A DNA stretch of 64,000 nt from Nitrosopumilus sp. (GCA_965207445.1 CBDBLX010000002.1:2327849-2391848), one strand, 5' to 3'. Counted from the first letter of the stretch, positions 10,514 to 22,056 are shown. A program made the numbers and translations. Notes: a model not told the origin generated them from the sequence alone.

Positions 10514-11440
10514 ATGGATTCAAATGCATCATCACCATCATCACCATCATCATCACCATCATCACCATCATCGTCACGCACTACAAAATACCTAGACTGG
10601 AATAACTCACTTGAGGTATTACATAGTGCATATGATGCAGGGTTGTTTGTGCTAGTTGTGGGCCCAAAAGGCACAGGTAAGACATCGCTTGTAAGAGAAT
10701 TTGCACGTATCAAAAATGATGAGAAAAGACAGCAGACAGGCAAACAATACAACTTAGAATCAATAAACTTTAGCCTTCGAACACGTGAGAGTCACCTCGT
10801 TGGTGCAAAGACTCTCAGTGACGGAGACGTAACATTTGATGAAGGAATACTAGTACGATCTATGAGAAATGGCAACATACTATATCTAGATGAAATTAAC
10901 GCAGCAGAAGCAGATGTTTTGTTGAGATTAGATGAGGCGCTAGATGACAGGCATCAGATAGTCTTAAAGGAATCATCTTCAATGGAGGTGATTAAAGCAG
11001 ATGAAAAATGGTTCGTGGTTGCAACCATAAACCCACTCAGTCACAGTGGTACAAAGGAACTACCACCTCAATTGTTGAGTAGATTTCCCGTAAGAATAAA
11101 ATTAGAATATCCGCCCCAAGATATAGAAATTGAGATCATAAAAACAAATATCGGAGATGTAAATGATACTATGCACGATGACATAATACAAGCAATCAAA
11201 CTTGCAAATACATTAAGGCAAGCAGCAGCAGTAGAAGAATTATTTTACTCACCGAGTATTAGAGAGACCATTGCATTTGCAAAACTACTGAAAAAAGGTG
11301 TGTCTAAAAGAAAGGCTGCTGAGTGGGTGTTTGGAAACGTATATGCACAGTGGGGACACATAGAGTATCAAAAAGTAAGTGATATAATAACATCAATGTT
11401 CGGAGTGGATTCAACATATCGCATAGATGGCAATAAGTGA
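10514..11440 (+). CDS. MoxR/CbbQ/NorQ-type AAA+ ATPase
   Basis: Walker A GPKGTGKT, Walker B LYLDEIN, ATINP; upstream of a VWA partner. Confidence 0.93.
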   Translation: MDSNASSPSSPSSSPSSPSSSRTTKYLDWNNSLEVLHSAYDAGLFVLVVGPKGTGKTSLVREFARIKNDEKRQQTGKQYNLESINFSLRTRESHLVGAKTLSDGDVTFDEGILVRSMRNGNILYLDEINAAEADVLLRLDEALDDRHQIVLKESSSMEVIKADEKWFVVATINPLSHSGTKELPPQLLSRFPVRIKLEYPPQDIEIEIIKTNIGDVNDTMHDDIIQAIKLANTLRQAAAVEELFYSPSIRETIAFAKLLKKGVSKRKAAEWVFGNVYAQWGHIEYQKVSDIITSMFGVDSTYRIDGNK

Positions 11441-13062
11441 TATTGATGTTAGAGGAGAGGCAACCCCTACAACAACATCGGCAGATAAAGATCTCATCAG
11501 ATGCACTCATCGAGATTGCAACATTTTTGGCAAGGAGGTGGTCTGAAAACAACACAACTACAGTTGAGATAACAGAGAGGTTGTCAGAAACTAGAACAAG
11601 ACTCAAAGACAATATTATAACAATATCACCACCAGAAAAAAGAACAGGTGACGGTTTTCAAAGATACAGACAATTTCGCACTTCATTGTGGTACGAGTCA
11701 ATGAAGATAAGACATTGTGAAAAGATACTGAGCAACGATCACGCATTTGGATTTATACTCAACTCTATGGAGACATGCAGAATTGAGCAAGTAGGAATAA
11801 AGGTCTGGCAGGGCATGAGTCACGAGATCGTTATGCATCGTGCACATATGTTAGTTGAGAGACCACAGTTACACGAAGTGTACGGAAGGGCACGCATAGT
11901 AGAAGCATTTTATCAACATATGATGTTTGGAGTCATTAAAGGTGAGATGCAGTCAAGCCACGAAGAGCGCATAATAAAAGCAACTAAATTTGCAAGAGAC
12001 GTAATATCACAAGCAGTAGCAGAGAATCGAGGAACCAAATGGGTAGAGAGTCACACTAGCCGCATCATAATGATGCTAGATATCGATTCGCTCATGACCA
12101 TACCAATATCATTACCATTTACCAGAGCAGGCATGGCACTAGATCAAAAAGAGATGGAAAAGGTCCTAAAGATTGTATCCCAACACGACAAAAAGGCAGG
12201 TCTTGTAGATATAGATGACACATCATTAATTCTACAGGGAGCAGATGACGTATACGATGAGTATACGATGCTACTTGATGAAAACCAACGTATCGAAAAC
12301 AGAGGTCTAACATCAGTAGAACAAATAGGCATAAAAACGCCAAACACAAAAGACAGAGTTGACGAATCTACCATATATGATGCAGCTCTCATAAATGGTC
12401 TTAAAATAAAATTCAAAGAATGGAAAAGTGGATGGAAGGAGATCTATGTTGCATCAGCAGGAGAAGAGTTTGATGCTGAGGGCTACATAGAGGAAACAAA
12501 CAACCCATTCATATCAGATGCAAAGAGATCTATAAAGACCAAAATTACAATACTGCTTGATCACTCATCATCAATAGCATCAGATGCCAAAGAATACAAA
12601 AAAGCAACACTAGCATTATGCGAAGTGCTGTCGTTTTTAAGAGTGGAATTCTCAGTTTATGCATTCAACACACAAGACAGAGCAGTAGTTTGTTGGTCTA
12701 TAAAACCGTATTCTGTAAAATGGAATACAATCACAGCAAAGAGACTGGCTCGCATAGTGGCAAACGGATCTACACCGCTAGCAGAAGTGTATGATAAAAT
12801 GTACCCCATACTACAAGCAAAGAGTACAGATACATTTTTAACACTTACAGATGGTGAGCCATCAGATCCAGATGCTGTAAGAGATATGATTAAAAAATTA
12901 AAGAGTCTAAACATTAATGTGGTTGCACTAGGATTAGGGCCAAACATTATACGATCTACTACCATAGCAAATAACCTCAAGCACCTCGGGTATGAAAAGA
13001 CTGTTGCAGTCAGTAGGTTGACAGATATTCCAAACAAGGTAATGAGCATATTAGAAAAATAA
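11437..13062 (+). CDS. von Willebrand factor A domain protein (MoxR partner)
   Basis: C-terminal MIDAS LLDHSSS, GSTPL and LTDGEP motifs. Confidence 0.9.
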   Translation: MILMLEERQPLQQHRQIKISSDALIEIATFLARRWSENNTTTVEITERLSETRTRLKDNIITISPPEKRTGDGFQRYRQFRTSLWYESMKIRHCEKILSNDHAFGFILNSMETCRIEQVGIKVWQGMSHEIVMHRAHMLVERPQLHEVYGRARIVEAFYQHMMFGVIKGEMQSSHEERIIKATKFARDVISQAVAENRGTKWVESHTSRIIMMLDIDSLMTIPISLPFTRAGMALDQKEMEKVLKIVSQHDKKAGLVDIDDTSLILQGADDVYDEYTMLLDENQRIENRGLTSVEQIGIKTPNTKDRVDESTIYDAALINGLKIKFKEWKSGWKEIYVASAGEEFDAEGYIEETNNPFISDAKRSIKTKITILLDHSSSIASDAKEYKKATLALCEVLSFLRVEFSVYAFNTQDRAVVCWSIKPYSVKWNTITAKRLARIVANGSTPLAEVYDKMYPILQAKSTDTFLTLTDGEPSDPDAVRDMIKKLKSLNINVVALGLGPNIIRSTTIANNLKHLGYEKTVAVSRLTDIPNKVMSILEK

Positions 13063-13222
13063 TAACCATTATCATAATAATAATAATAACCACAACCATA
13101 ATAATCACAATAATAATAATAATTACATATAATAAACATCAATATTATTACATACAGTAAATTTCAACAATGCAAACACGCGGAAATATACATCAAACAT
13201 ATGATCGTTTTCAAAACCACAA

Positions 13223-14833
13223 ATGCGACAGATCTCATATTTTATAAGAGCACGTATGTACGGTCATAGTATGGTAGCAGCAGCACAAACAACAGATGTA
13301 GCACTATTGGAGCGCTTTGAAAGTGAAATATGGAGTAAAATACCACATATAGAAAAAAACGAGAATGGTGACGACACAGTGGTGGGTGCAACGTCACTAG
13401 TTGATATGACAGATGATCTCAGAGAGTGTGCCAGAACCATATACAAGATTGAACTAGATGCAAATCTCAAGATAGTAGGGAAACTTGACGCTGAGCTTTT
13501 AACAGGTTCAATAAAGGTCAGACCAGCAGTTCACATAATACACGATGCCATAAAAAACGGACATCTTCGTAGCGGACAAGCCGTAATTGAAGCCACATCA
13601 GGAAACTTTGGAATATCACTAGGATTACTTGCAAGACTTGGACTTCAGGTCATAGCATTTGTCTCAAGAAGGCTACAAGAAGGCGTATTTGAAGAACTTC
13701 GAAATGAAAAAGTAAACATAATTGATCTTGACATGGATGTATGTCCTGCGCCAGGTATGAAAGGTAACAAAGACGAGATAGCAGCAAGGGTAGCATCAGG
13801 GAATATACGCACACAGATCTTAGATTTAGGGTTTAAACCAGAACCATTTGATAATAATATACAAGAGATATTGGAGTTATTGCAAGCACAAGACATCATA
13901 AACCTTGCAAAGCTTCTCGCAAAAGTGTACGATTGCTTCTGCCCTGCACAATATGACAATATGTTAAACCCCGAAGCCCACATAACTACAACAGCAGTAG
14001 AGGTAGATGAGCAACTCGCAAAATTATCAGAGTCACTTGGAGAATATCAAATAATGTGTACGTTTGGCACAGGTGGCACATCATCAGGATTTGACAAGTA
14101 TATGACTGACAAGTACTCAAAGAATGCAGTTCATGTAGTCTTTCCACCTGTAGGCCAAGATGTAGCAGGAATAAGAACACAGGCTACAGCAGACGGACTA
14201 ACAATGTACAGACCAGGATCATATGCCGGTGAGCATATTATAGACTTTGAAAAAGTGAGACCACTGCACCGCTTTTTTGTAAAACAAAAAGGATATGATA
14301 TGGGGGAGAGTTCAGCTCTTGCAACATACGCGGCAATGAAAATGTCGCAAAATAATCAAGCACAAAAGTTTGTTGTTATAATTGCAGATGGTATCTCAAA
14401 GTACAAAAAAGCCATGGACGCGGCAGCCAAAATGACAGGTCGTATACAAGTCTCACTCAAAGAGGCAGCAGAATCCATTAATGAGTATGACAAGGTAGTA
14501 TGGGTTCACCCACAATATACACCACAGCAAGAAGGTATCGAGATTATTGCACGATCACTTGGCATTGACAAAGACAAAATAGCAATCCAAAAAGCAAGCA
14601 CTATTGAAAAACTATTAACAACACAAACAGTACCAGAAGAGCTAAGTCAAAGTCTACAGGGAGAAAAGGGCAAATGTTTGTTGATCTGCATGGCAGGCAA
14701 CACATCACTCATGACAACAAAGATGCTCGCAGGAAACGGAATTACAACTGAGAGTCTCAATGGCGGTATAACAGGTTTGCCAGAAAGTATGATGAAGAGT
14801 CCAGGTCAGATTGTAAAGGTGGCAACTGACTAA
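13223..14833 (+). CDS. PLP-dependent cysteine synthase-like enzyme with C-terminal rhodanese-like domain (start may be ~13271)
   Basis: TGSIKVR, EATSGNFG and FGTGGT motifs; C-terminal CMAGNTS...SLNGG. Confidence 0.85.
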   Translation: MRQISYFIRARMYGHSMVAAAQTTDVALLERFESEIWSKIPHIEKNENGDDTVVGATSLVDMTDDLRECARTIYKIELDANLKIVGKLDAELLTGSIKVRPAVHIIHDAIKNGHLRSGQAVIEATSGNFGISLGLLARLGLQVIAFVSRRLQEGVFEELRNEKVNIIDLDMDVCPAPGMKGNKDEIAARVASGNIRTQILDLGFKPEPFDNNIQEILELLQAQDIINLAKLLAKVYDCFCPAQYDNMLNPEAHITTTAVEVDEQLAKLSESLGEYQIMCTFGTGGTSSGFDKYMTDKYSKNAVHVVFPPVGQDVAGIRTQATADGLTMYRPGSYAGEHIIDFEKVRPLHRFFVKQKGYDMGESSALATYAAMKMSQNNQAQKFVVIIADGISKYKKAMDAAAKMTGRIQVSLKEAAESINEYDKVVWVHPQYTPQQEGIEIIARSLGIDKDKIAIQKASTIEKLLTTQTVPEELSQSLQGEKGKCLLICMAGNTSLMTTKMLAGNGITTESLNGGITGLPESMMKSPGQIVKVATD

Positions 14834-14864
14834 ACCATATTAACACCATCACAGATAATCATAT

Positions 14865-15326
14865 ATGATCATGAAGTGCCTCTCAGTATCACAACCATTT
14901 GCAGATCTCATAATATCAGGTAAAAAGACTATTGAGTTGCGTAAATGGAACACAAAATTTCGCGGCGAGATTTTGATACATGCTCCGCAAAAGGCACGTA
15001 CATCAGATTACAAGAGACTGAACATACCACAAAGGGAATATGTAGTAGGGGCAATTATAGGCAAAGTCACACTATATGATGTAATTGTGTATGGGTCAGT
15101 TGCACAGATCAAAAGAGATCAAAAAAGTCATCACGCAAGTAAAGAATTTTTTGAAAAAACCAAGTATGGATTTATGCTAAAAGAACCAAAATCATTCTCA
15201 GTTCCAATACCATACAGGGGCCAATTAGGGTTATTTGATGTAAATCTGACAAACACTAGCGACGATAGTATACTTGGGGACATTATAGATCAAGAGCACC
15301 GGTTTCGTTTAATTGGTCATCATTAA
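14865..15326 (+). CDS. ASCH domain protein
   Basis: LSVSQPFADLIISGKKTIELR..T.FRG.ILIHA signature. Confidence 0.92.
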   Translation: MIMKCLSVSQPFADLIISGKKTIELRKWNTKFRGEILIHAPQKARTSDYKRLNIPQREYVVGAIIGKVTLYDVIVYGSVAQIKRDQKSHHASKEFFEKTKYGFMLKEPKSFSVPIPYRGQLGLFDVNLTNTSDDSILGDIIDQEHRFRLIGHH

Positions 15327-15744
15327 ATAGATATAAAATTATCTATACAAAAATAGTAAATTATAATATCTTGAATAATGAGGCAAAATCACTCAATCAT
15401 CACATTGTAATCATTTTAATGAGTTTAGTAAACTACAACTAAAGTAATTCTGCGTTTTGTCAACTTGTTAACATGCAAATACAGGTACGTAATTGATGTG
15501 AAATTCTCAAGTGACAATTTCTGAAATATAGAAATTGCATGTATAAAATTACACATGTCGCCAAGGGACATGTAGAATAAATTTTTGATTAGTGTTGAGA
15601 GAAATCACTTTTAATAGTCAAGCAGAACTAGAATATCTAATTATACGCCATACCAAATATTATAAATCAACGTAGACCATATACAAATGATCAAATTTTT
15701 AATCAAAGTGTCTAGTATATATATGAGGCTTAAAAGTGCTTTTT

Positions 15745-16305
15745 ATGCCGCAAACAAAGCCCATAGTTAGCGTTGAGAATGTCGTGGCCTCAGCATCAGT
15801 AGAACAAAAGATAGATCTCAACGAGATTACAAAAAAATTTCCAGATACAGAATATCATCCAGAACAATTTCCAGGACTAGTGTTTAGACTCAACAACCCA
15901 CGTACTGCGACATTGATATTTCGTACAGGAAAGATGGTATGCACAGGTGCAAAATCAGAAGAGATGTCAATAAAGGCAGTAAACACAGTGGTACAGAGGC
16001 TAAGAAGAGGTAAGATCAAGATAAAACAAAATGCAACGATTACAGTTCAAAATATAGTAGCGGCAATCAATCTAGGAGGTAAGATTCATCTTGAAAAGGC
16101 TGCTAGAACGCTCCCAAGAAGCATGTATGAGCCTGAGCAGTTTCCAGGACTGATTCATCGCATGCTAGATCCAAAGACAGTGATCCTCTTGTTTGCATCA
16201 GGTAAACTAGTCTGCACAGGAGCCAAAAGGGAGAAAGATGTGTACCGCTCTGTTCATAATTTGCATGCATTGTTAGAGGAAAAAGATCTAATGTTATACG
16301 AATGA
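15745..16305 (+). CDS. tbp: TATA-box binding protein
   Basis: Two repeats of YxPEQFPGL...LxFxxGKxVCTGAK. Confidence 0.98.
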   Translation: MPQTKPIVSVENVVASASVEQKIDLNEITKKFPDTEYHPEQFPGLVFRLNNPRTATLIFRTGKMVCTGAKSEEMSIKAVNTVVQRLRRGKIKIKQNATITVQNIVAAINLGGKIHLEKAARTLPRSMYEPEQFPGLIHRMLDPKTVILLFASGKLVCTGAKREKDVYRSVHNLHALLEEKDLMLYE

Positions 16306-16672
16306 ACATTACTGTTATCATAGTATTATGAAATACCATTAAAATACAATCAATCACCAAAATTATAAAAAAGACAATAGACACAAGTAACATCTATAGT
16401 GATGTTCATAAATTTGGGCACAACGAAAAAATCATGCAAGGTAGTTTTTAACAGACATCTATGTATAGAAATGTTTAGTAATTCAGATTTGCTATATTTT
16501 TTAAAAGATAAAATGTCAAAAAATGTGGTGGCAGGACTCTATGATGCACACGTGCGCTAACATGTGACGGGACATTAAACATAGAGATTACATATGATAC
16601 TTTTAGTCCACCGCTGTATTCATCTATTTTGGAATCAGCAGTGCGAGGATTTGCCTTTACAAATGGGCACAT

Positions 16673-17006
16673 CAGTAGTTCGCAATATGCTCAATTTTTA
16701 ATGATCTTATTTTTAATTATACAGTGCGGCAGATTTACAATGGCAAGTAACCGCCGTGCTCTAATTCCCACCGAAGCAGTCTTCTGATCACTCCGGCAAT
16801 TGAATCCATAAATTATCTATTGTGAGTAATTTCTCATCTGTAAGTCCGTCGTAATTTTCGTATCTTGTTATTGCCCACAATCCATATAACAACATTTCAA
16901 AAAAATATCAACAGTAATCAGACTTGCAAGGCGTTGTTAGTTGTTTTTGGAGTTATGTTTTTTATCACTATAATTCCGTCTCTATTATCCAGCGCTTGCG
17001 ATAAGT
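16673..17006 (-). mobile_element. ISH3-like IS remnant (transposase 3' end plus one TIR)
   Basis: TIR cagtagttcgcaat at 16673; homologous to 52066-52400 and 61165-61498. Confidence 0.85.
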
Positions 17007-17072
17007 CGGGAATTACACACTAGTTCACTTTGACCCGATGCGGGCAGTTAATTCGCCTCCGAGCCGCTGCTG

Positions 17073-19934
17073 CTATTCGCGCGCCGCCAGCGCGTTGGCA
17101 ATCTGCGGCCATAGTGGGCTGCTGTACTTTTCTGCATTGGTTTGCGCCTCTGCTGCGGTCATCGGGTTTGAGTGGTCAATCTCACCAAAGGCAGCTAGAA
17201 CACGGTTCCACCTGTCCACGTGCGCGTCGCCGTGCTGCGTCTGTGCCGCCAGCTCCCTGACGCTGTTGATCAGAGCAGGGTCTATGGCAGGCGGCGTGTC
17301 AGGCTCGGTCGGTACGTCAGGCGGCGTCTGCGGATCGTCCTGTTCTACTACTGCCGCCGCCTCTAGCAATGTCAGCACGTCGACAATCTGCGGCCACAGC
17401 GGGCTGCTGTACTTTTCTGCATTGGTTTGCGCCTCTGCTGCGGTCATCGGGTTTGAGTGGTCAATTTCACCAAAGGCAGCTAGAACGCGGTTCCACCTGT
17501 CCACGTGCGCGTCGCCGTGCTGTGTCTGGGACGCCATCGCGGTCACGTTGGCGACCAGCGCTGGGTCTATGGCGACTGCCGTCAGATTCTGCGCCTGTGT
17601 GAGCTTGTCGTACACGGGCGGCTGCATCAGGCTTGACGTCGTCCCGGCGTCCTGGACGTCCACGGTCCAGCTTACAAATTGGCCCGGCGTGTAGCCGGCT
17701 CCGGGATTTATCGTGAGCGTAACATTGTTGACATCTATGACGCCGTCGTTTATGGTCGGAACCTCCAGCGTATACGAGCCGATCAGTGGGATCTCCACTA
17801 TGCGCCAGCCCACGTCAGATGCGTTGAGTACGTTCCCGGTGTCCGAAAGGGTGACGTTGACTGGCAAAGGCGACTGCAGGGGGTGGGGGGCTGCGCCGAT
17901 GCTAAATGAGACGGGATCGCCCTCCGAGCCGCCGCTCGATATACCGATTGAGACTGTAGTCGGGGGTGGGGGGCTGCCGCTGCCCAGCGGGCCTGAGTCG
18001 TTGTCCAACACCGTGAACGTTATGGTGGACGGCTGCGCGATGCGGTAGCCGGAGCCCGGTAGTATGGTATAGGTGATTGTGCCATCGACCTCGTCGATGT
18101 TGTCGTCGTGCGTGTTTACAACTGATGAAGAACCAGTGACTTTATGTGTCCTGCCCGCCGGAATGTCGAGGGTTTGGTCACCGACCAGATATGCAAACCT
18201 CACAACGTCTCCGGTCTGGGCCACGTTGAAGTTGACTGTGATATCCGCTGAGTCGCACGTGTATCGCGTCTTGAATGCACGATCAGTGCCTGTATCGGTG
18301 CCCTCCGTGACGGTCAGGTTGCCGAACGCGCTCACATCCAGGTACACAGCCGGGCTGCCAGCCTCGCCTAACGTTATAGTCTTAGTCGTCGCGGTACCCT
18401 CCTTTATCTGGTAGCCGGGGCCGTCGAGCAGCTCGAATGTTATCTCGTTTCTGCTCCCAGAGTTGGGGTTGCAGTCAGTCGTAGTGGGTAGAATATCATA
18501 AAAGGATGAGCCATACGCTGCAAGCGTGCGCGTCTCGCCATTTTGATTGGTAGTGAGCGCCTGACCGTGCGTTGTGTATTTTATTGCTATAGTACTGTCG
18601 TCTCCGGGGGGACGAATTTCACCCGGCTCAGTATACGGAGATACGCCAGAACGATACGGCTCTATATCAAAACCAACCATCACATTATCACCCTCAAAGG
18701 AACTCTTATCCAACACATTCATGCTTATGCACGGGTTGCCAGGGGTGCACTTTTGGGGCGGCGGGGGCGGCGTTTGCGGGTTGTCGTGCGGTCCGGGGTC
18801 ATTGTCGCGCACCGAAATGGTGATGCTAGACGGGTCGCCCACCGTATAACCGTAGCCCGGCAGCACCTTTACGGTGACGGTGCCGTCCGGCTCGTCGACA
18901 GTGTCGTCGGTCAAGGCAATCGGCAGGTTTGCGCCACTCACAAAGCTAAGCAATGACCTTTCACCCGCCCCGTGATTCAAAAATTCCCCGGTCTGGGAGA
19001 TGATATAGTTGATTCTTAACTTGTATCCAAAGTTGTGGCCGGATGGGACCAAGTCAACACCGGCAAACTGGTTCTCTCGCGGGTTTGAGGGAAACCCCGG
19101 AGTAATTTCAACGTAGACCGGCGGCCACATCAATGGGTCGCCGTCCGGCACGATCCTCAGCAGAGGCGATATGCCGTAAGAATACCGGACGGACTGCGAG
19201 TGTTTGCCGTGCTCGTTCCTGCTGCCGTCTGACTCGCCTGGCGTCCCGCCGGCGTAAAAGTCATTATAGTTGTCTGCGATCCTGTCTCCCCCGACCCAGT
19301 ATATCGGGACGCCGGCGCCCTCGGTGTAGGTGTGGCTCCGGACATCGTCGCGGTCGGAGTGCCCAAAGTGCAGTACGCGAAAGTGGTCGTGTAATTCCCG
19401 TAGCGGCGAGGGTTCTGTCTTTAGAACGTTTACCGTCCGCTTATACACATGATAGCAATAATCCCCGCCGTTTTTATTTATGTTAGTTCCCTCACCGTTA
19501 TTGTTCCTTTCAACAATATTCCAATAGACATCCGAGCTGACCATCTGGCCATAATAACCATAACACTGAACAGTAGGATCATCGGTTAAACGATAGTGCG
19601 TCGTCTTACCGTACGTAAAGATGTTAGATGTTTCAATCAAGCCCTGCATCTTGGCATCCGTAAATGAATGTCCGACGGATGGTGTGAACAGTAATCTAAA
19701 CGTGTCCCCTACTGCCAGGCCGTCAGGTGCGTAGGCCCAGTCCTGGGGCACGTCGAATCCCGCATAGGCGTGCGCGTCTTCTGCCGCTACTACCGAGAGC
19801 GCGGACGCGCCAAGCACTGCCAGTGCAGCCAGCGCGCACATTCTCAGGGCGCGTGTGCAATATGCACCCCCCCCCCCCCCCCCGGTGCGCGAGTCGTGTC
19901 GAGGGATCCCTGTATCATACACTATATATGACAC
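17073..19934 (-). CDS. Large secreted surface protein with Calx-beta-like (DD..DE.DG, DND) domains and a duplicated C-terminal domain
   Basis: 953-aa ORF, visibly GC-rich; signal peptide ending AHA; Pro-rich linkers; C-terminal unit QTQHGDAHVDRWNRVLAAFG...PLWPQI twice (285-bp offset). Confidence 0.85.
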   Translation of the reverse strand: MSYIVYDTGIPRHDSRTGGGGGGAYCTRALRMCALAALAVLGASALSVVAAEDAHAYAGFDVPQDWAYAPDGLAVGDTFRLLFTPSVGHSFTDAKMQGLIETSNIFTYGKTTHYRLTDDPTVQCYGYYGQMVSSDVYWNIVERNNNGEGTNINKNGGDYCYHVYKRTVNVLKTEPSPLRELHDHFRVLHFGHSDRDDVRSHTYTEGAGVPIYWVGGDRIADNYNDFYAGGTPGESDGSRNEHGKHSQSVRYSYGISPLLRIVPDGDPLMWPPVYVEITPGFPSNPRENQFAGVDLVPSGHNFGYKLRINYIISQTGEFLNHGAGERSLLSFVSGANLPIALTDDTVDEPDGTVTVKVLPGYGYTVGDPSSITISVRDNDPGPHDNPQTPPPPPQKCTPGNPCISMNVLDKSSFEGDNVMVGFDIEPYRSGVSPYTEPGEIRPPGDDSTIAIKYTTHGQALTTNQNGETRTLAAYGSSFYDILPTTTDCNPNSGSRNEITFELLDGPGYQIKEGTATTKTITLGEAGSPAVYLDVSAFGNLTVTEGTDTGTDRAFKTRYTCDSADITVNFNVAQTGDVVRFAYLVGDQTLDIPAGRTHKVTGSSSVVNTHDDNIDEVDGTITYTILPGSGYRIAQPSTITFTVLDNDSGPLGSGSPPPPTTVSIGISSGGSEGDPVSFSIGAAPHPLQSPLPVNVTLSDTGNVLNASDVGWRIVEIPLIGSYTLEVPTINDGVIDVNNVTLTINPGAGYTPGQFVSWTVDVQDAGTTSSLMQPPVYDKLTQAQNLTAVAIDPALVANVTAMASQTQHGDAHVDRWNRVLAAFGEIDHSNPMTAAEAQTNAEKYSSPLWPQIVDVLTLLEAAAVVEQDDPQTPPDVPTEPDTPPAIDPALINSVRELAAQTQHGDAHVDRWNRVLAAFGEIDHSNPMTAAEAQTNAEKYSSPLWPQIANALAARE

Positions 19935-20385
19935 GCATTATATATTAAGATTTCGCTGGCAGGTTCTCTTGCAAACGCAGTTGATCGGTGTTTATATGAA
20001 CTTTTTATCTGAATTTAATATTTGAGGCTGAAAAAGTATAAATTTTTAGTACTTTTTTGTGTGACTATGACGATAGTTTGGAATAGGGGTATAGTCAGGT
20101 AACGTGTCGCCTCCCCCCACCCCCTCTTTATACCACGTGGACTAGGCATGGACACACACTACGATCATTACAAATCACTGAAATTGTGAGATAATGTAAA
20201 AAAAAGTATGTTAATCATTAAATACGTATGCTACCATTTACTCATGTAGACAAAAAATGAGTAAATGTATGTAGCAACAAAAGATAGTTGTAGATGAATT
20301 ATTTAACAAAATCGATGTATCTTCGATCATCTATGACGAGACAATGTCCAAAGTTTTGAATGAAAATGCTAGTTTATGAAAGGGC

Positions 20386-20814
20386 ATGAAAGAGGAACGA
20401 AAAGAGAAAAACATGTGGAAAGAAAAGTGTATGAATCTGTTTGATAGATTAGGTGGAAGAAAACTTGACATCATACTGGTATATCAGAAATTGGTATTTG
20501 TGACGCAAACTGGCAGGTATACGTCACGTGAGCAGATACTTGAAGATTTGGCAAAATCTACCACACAGTATGGAAACATGATGAGAAATGAATGCAAAAT
20601 TTTTGCAGACAAATATCAAGTAATACAACTAAAAGAATACAATATACGTATTGTGGATTTAGAGCGCAGTGATGCTGCAAATGACGAATGGTGCCACACC
20701 TATATCTCACAAAACAGTGACACAAAAGCAGATACAAAAGGAGAAACAAGACTGTGCAGACAAGCAGCGCAAGACAAACCACCTGTCAAACTAGGATTCA
20801 CCTTTAAAACATGA
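20386..20814 (+). CDS. Hypothetical protein
   Basis: 142-aa ORF with no recognisable motif. Confidence 0.45.
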   Translation: MKEERKEKNMWKEKCMNLFDRLGGRKLDIILVYQKLVFVTQTGRYTSREQILEDLAKSTTQYGNMMRNECKIFADKYQVIQLKEYNIRIVDLERSDAANDEWCHTYISQNSDTKADTKGETRLCRQAAQDKPPVKLGFTFKT

Positions 20815-21101
20815 TTCATCTTTCAGACCATTTAATCCAGACAAAACATTTGACATTGAACTAGACACATACCCTGAATGTGATTGTGAAATAGAGCAAG
20901 TTTGTGAGGAATACAAGACATTACATGAACTTGACGACCATAATGAACTAGAGGAGATGTGGTGTCACACACGTGTATATTGGTGTGAAAATTGTGGTAA
21001 CATAAACTGTATGCACGATTCTATAATGCCAAATACTTTATTTGAAAAACACTTTCTTGTTAAACTCACGCGCTCATCATTTAATGTCCACACAATAAAA
21101 T

Positions 21102-21249
21102 GTGTGAATCAAGCTTTATGACTGATATGATCATTCAAAATAACTTTTGGCCAAATGCATTGCATGTGTGATACTTGATATACAGACAAGGATGTGACCA
21201 AATACAAGTATATAATTTAATTATTGTAGCCAAAGAGCTTGGTTCACAC
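21102..21249. mobile_element. MITE family C (TIR GTGTGAAyCAAGC)
   Basis: gtgtgaatcaagct at 21102 and agcttggttcacac ending 21249; same ends as 54779-54848. Confidence 0.6.
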
Positions 21250-21660
21250 GACAAATCAGAAAGTGTGTTTCATATAATAACCTGAAAACGATTTTTGCAA
21301 CCATCATATTTGTGAAATCATCTTGAAACAATACGTCAATCGCAACTATAGGTGCGTCCAGTATCAGAAAATGTGCAATCTTAGGTAAATTACAATCAAC
21401 ATTAAAGCCTGCGCGTAACACATTTCGTCTTTTCAAACCTGTGTATTTTTTTAGTTGTTTGCTTTTTTGCACACTGTAACTAGAAATGAACATATTTTTG
21501 ACTTTTCACTCTAGGAGGCAGTTACGCGCCACACTTCTTGCGGCCATGTCAGACACATATCAAAAATGATCACAGGTTATTTACAACAGAGCCATGACTT
21601 TAATGTGTTAAGACTTATGAGCGTCGTTATATACCACAAAATCATACATGAGATGATAAA

Positions 21661-21894
21661 TTGATAGACTGGCACAGTGATCCGAATATTATTACTCAGC
21701 GTATGAAACTTACACCAGAAAATGGGTTTAGTCTAGTTGGGATGGACTTTCTTACTAACAGCAAAGGAGAACTCTACGAGATCAAACACTATAATGCATA
21801 CCAAGACGCTTTAAGTGCCAAAAAATCAAGGAAGAATCCAGAAGAGTATCTTATATTATACAAAGATGCACAAGGTGGTTTTTGTTATAGATGA
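21661..21894 (+). CDS. Small hypothetical protein
   Basis: 77-aa ORF (LTPENGFSLVGMD...GELY). Confidence 0.6.
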   Translation: MIDWHSDPNIITQRMKLTPENGFSLVGMDFLTNSKGELYEIKHYNAYQDALSAKKSRKNPEEYLILYKDAQGGFCYR

Positions 21895-22056
21895 TAAGAT
21901 TCCAACTGATATCGTGCTATATTCTAGTTGCCCCATCAGTTTGTTGTCAGAACTGTCCAACTTACATAAAAGTCAAAAGTACAAATCGTCTTACCAACTC
22001 TCAAAAACATCTAATAAAGTAGTTATGATAAAATAGTATAATTAGAATGTAAATGA

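Noticed and set aside
17099..17575. DGR template/variable repeat pair
   Set aside because: Both copies are in-frame parts of one protein, differences are few and not adenine-specific, and no reverse transcriptase is in the window.
17030..19948. Plus-strand ORFs overlapping the surface protein gene
   Set aside because: Shadow ORFs of GC-rich coding sequence on the minus strand; the same applies to the many short antisense ORFs over core genes.
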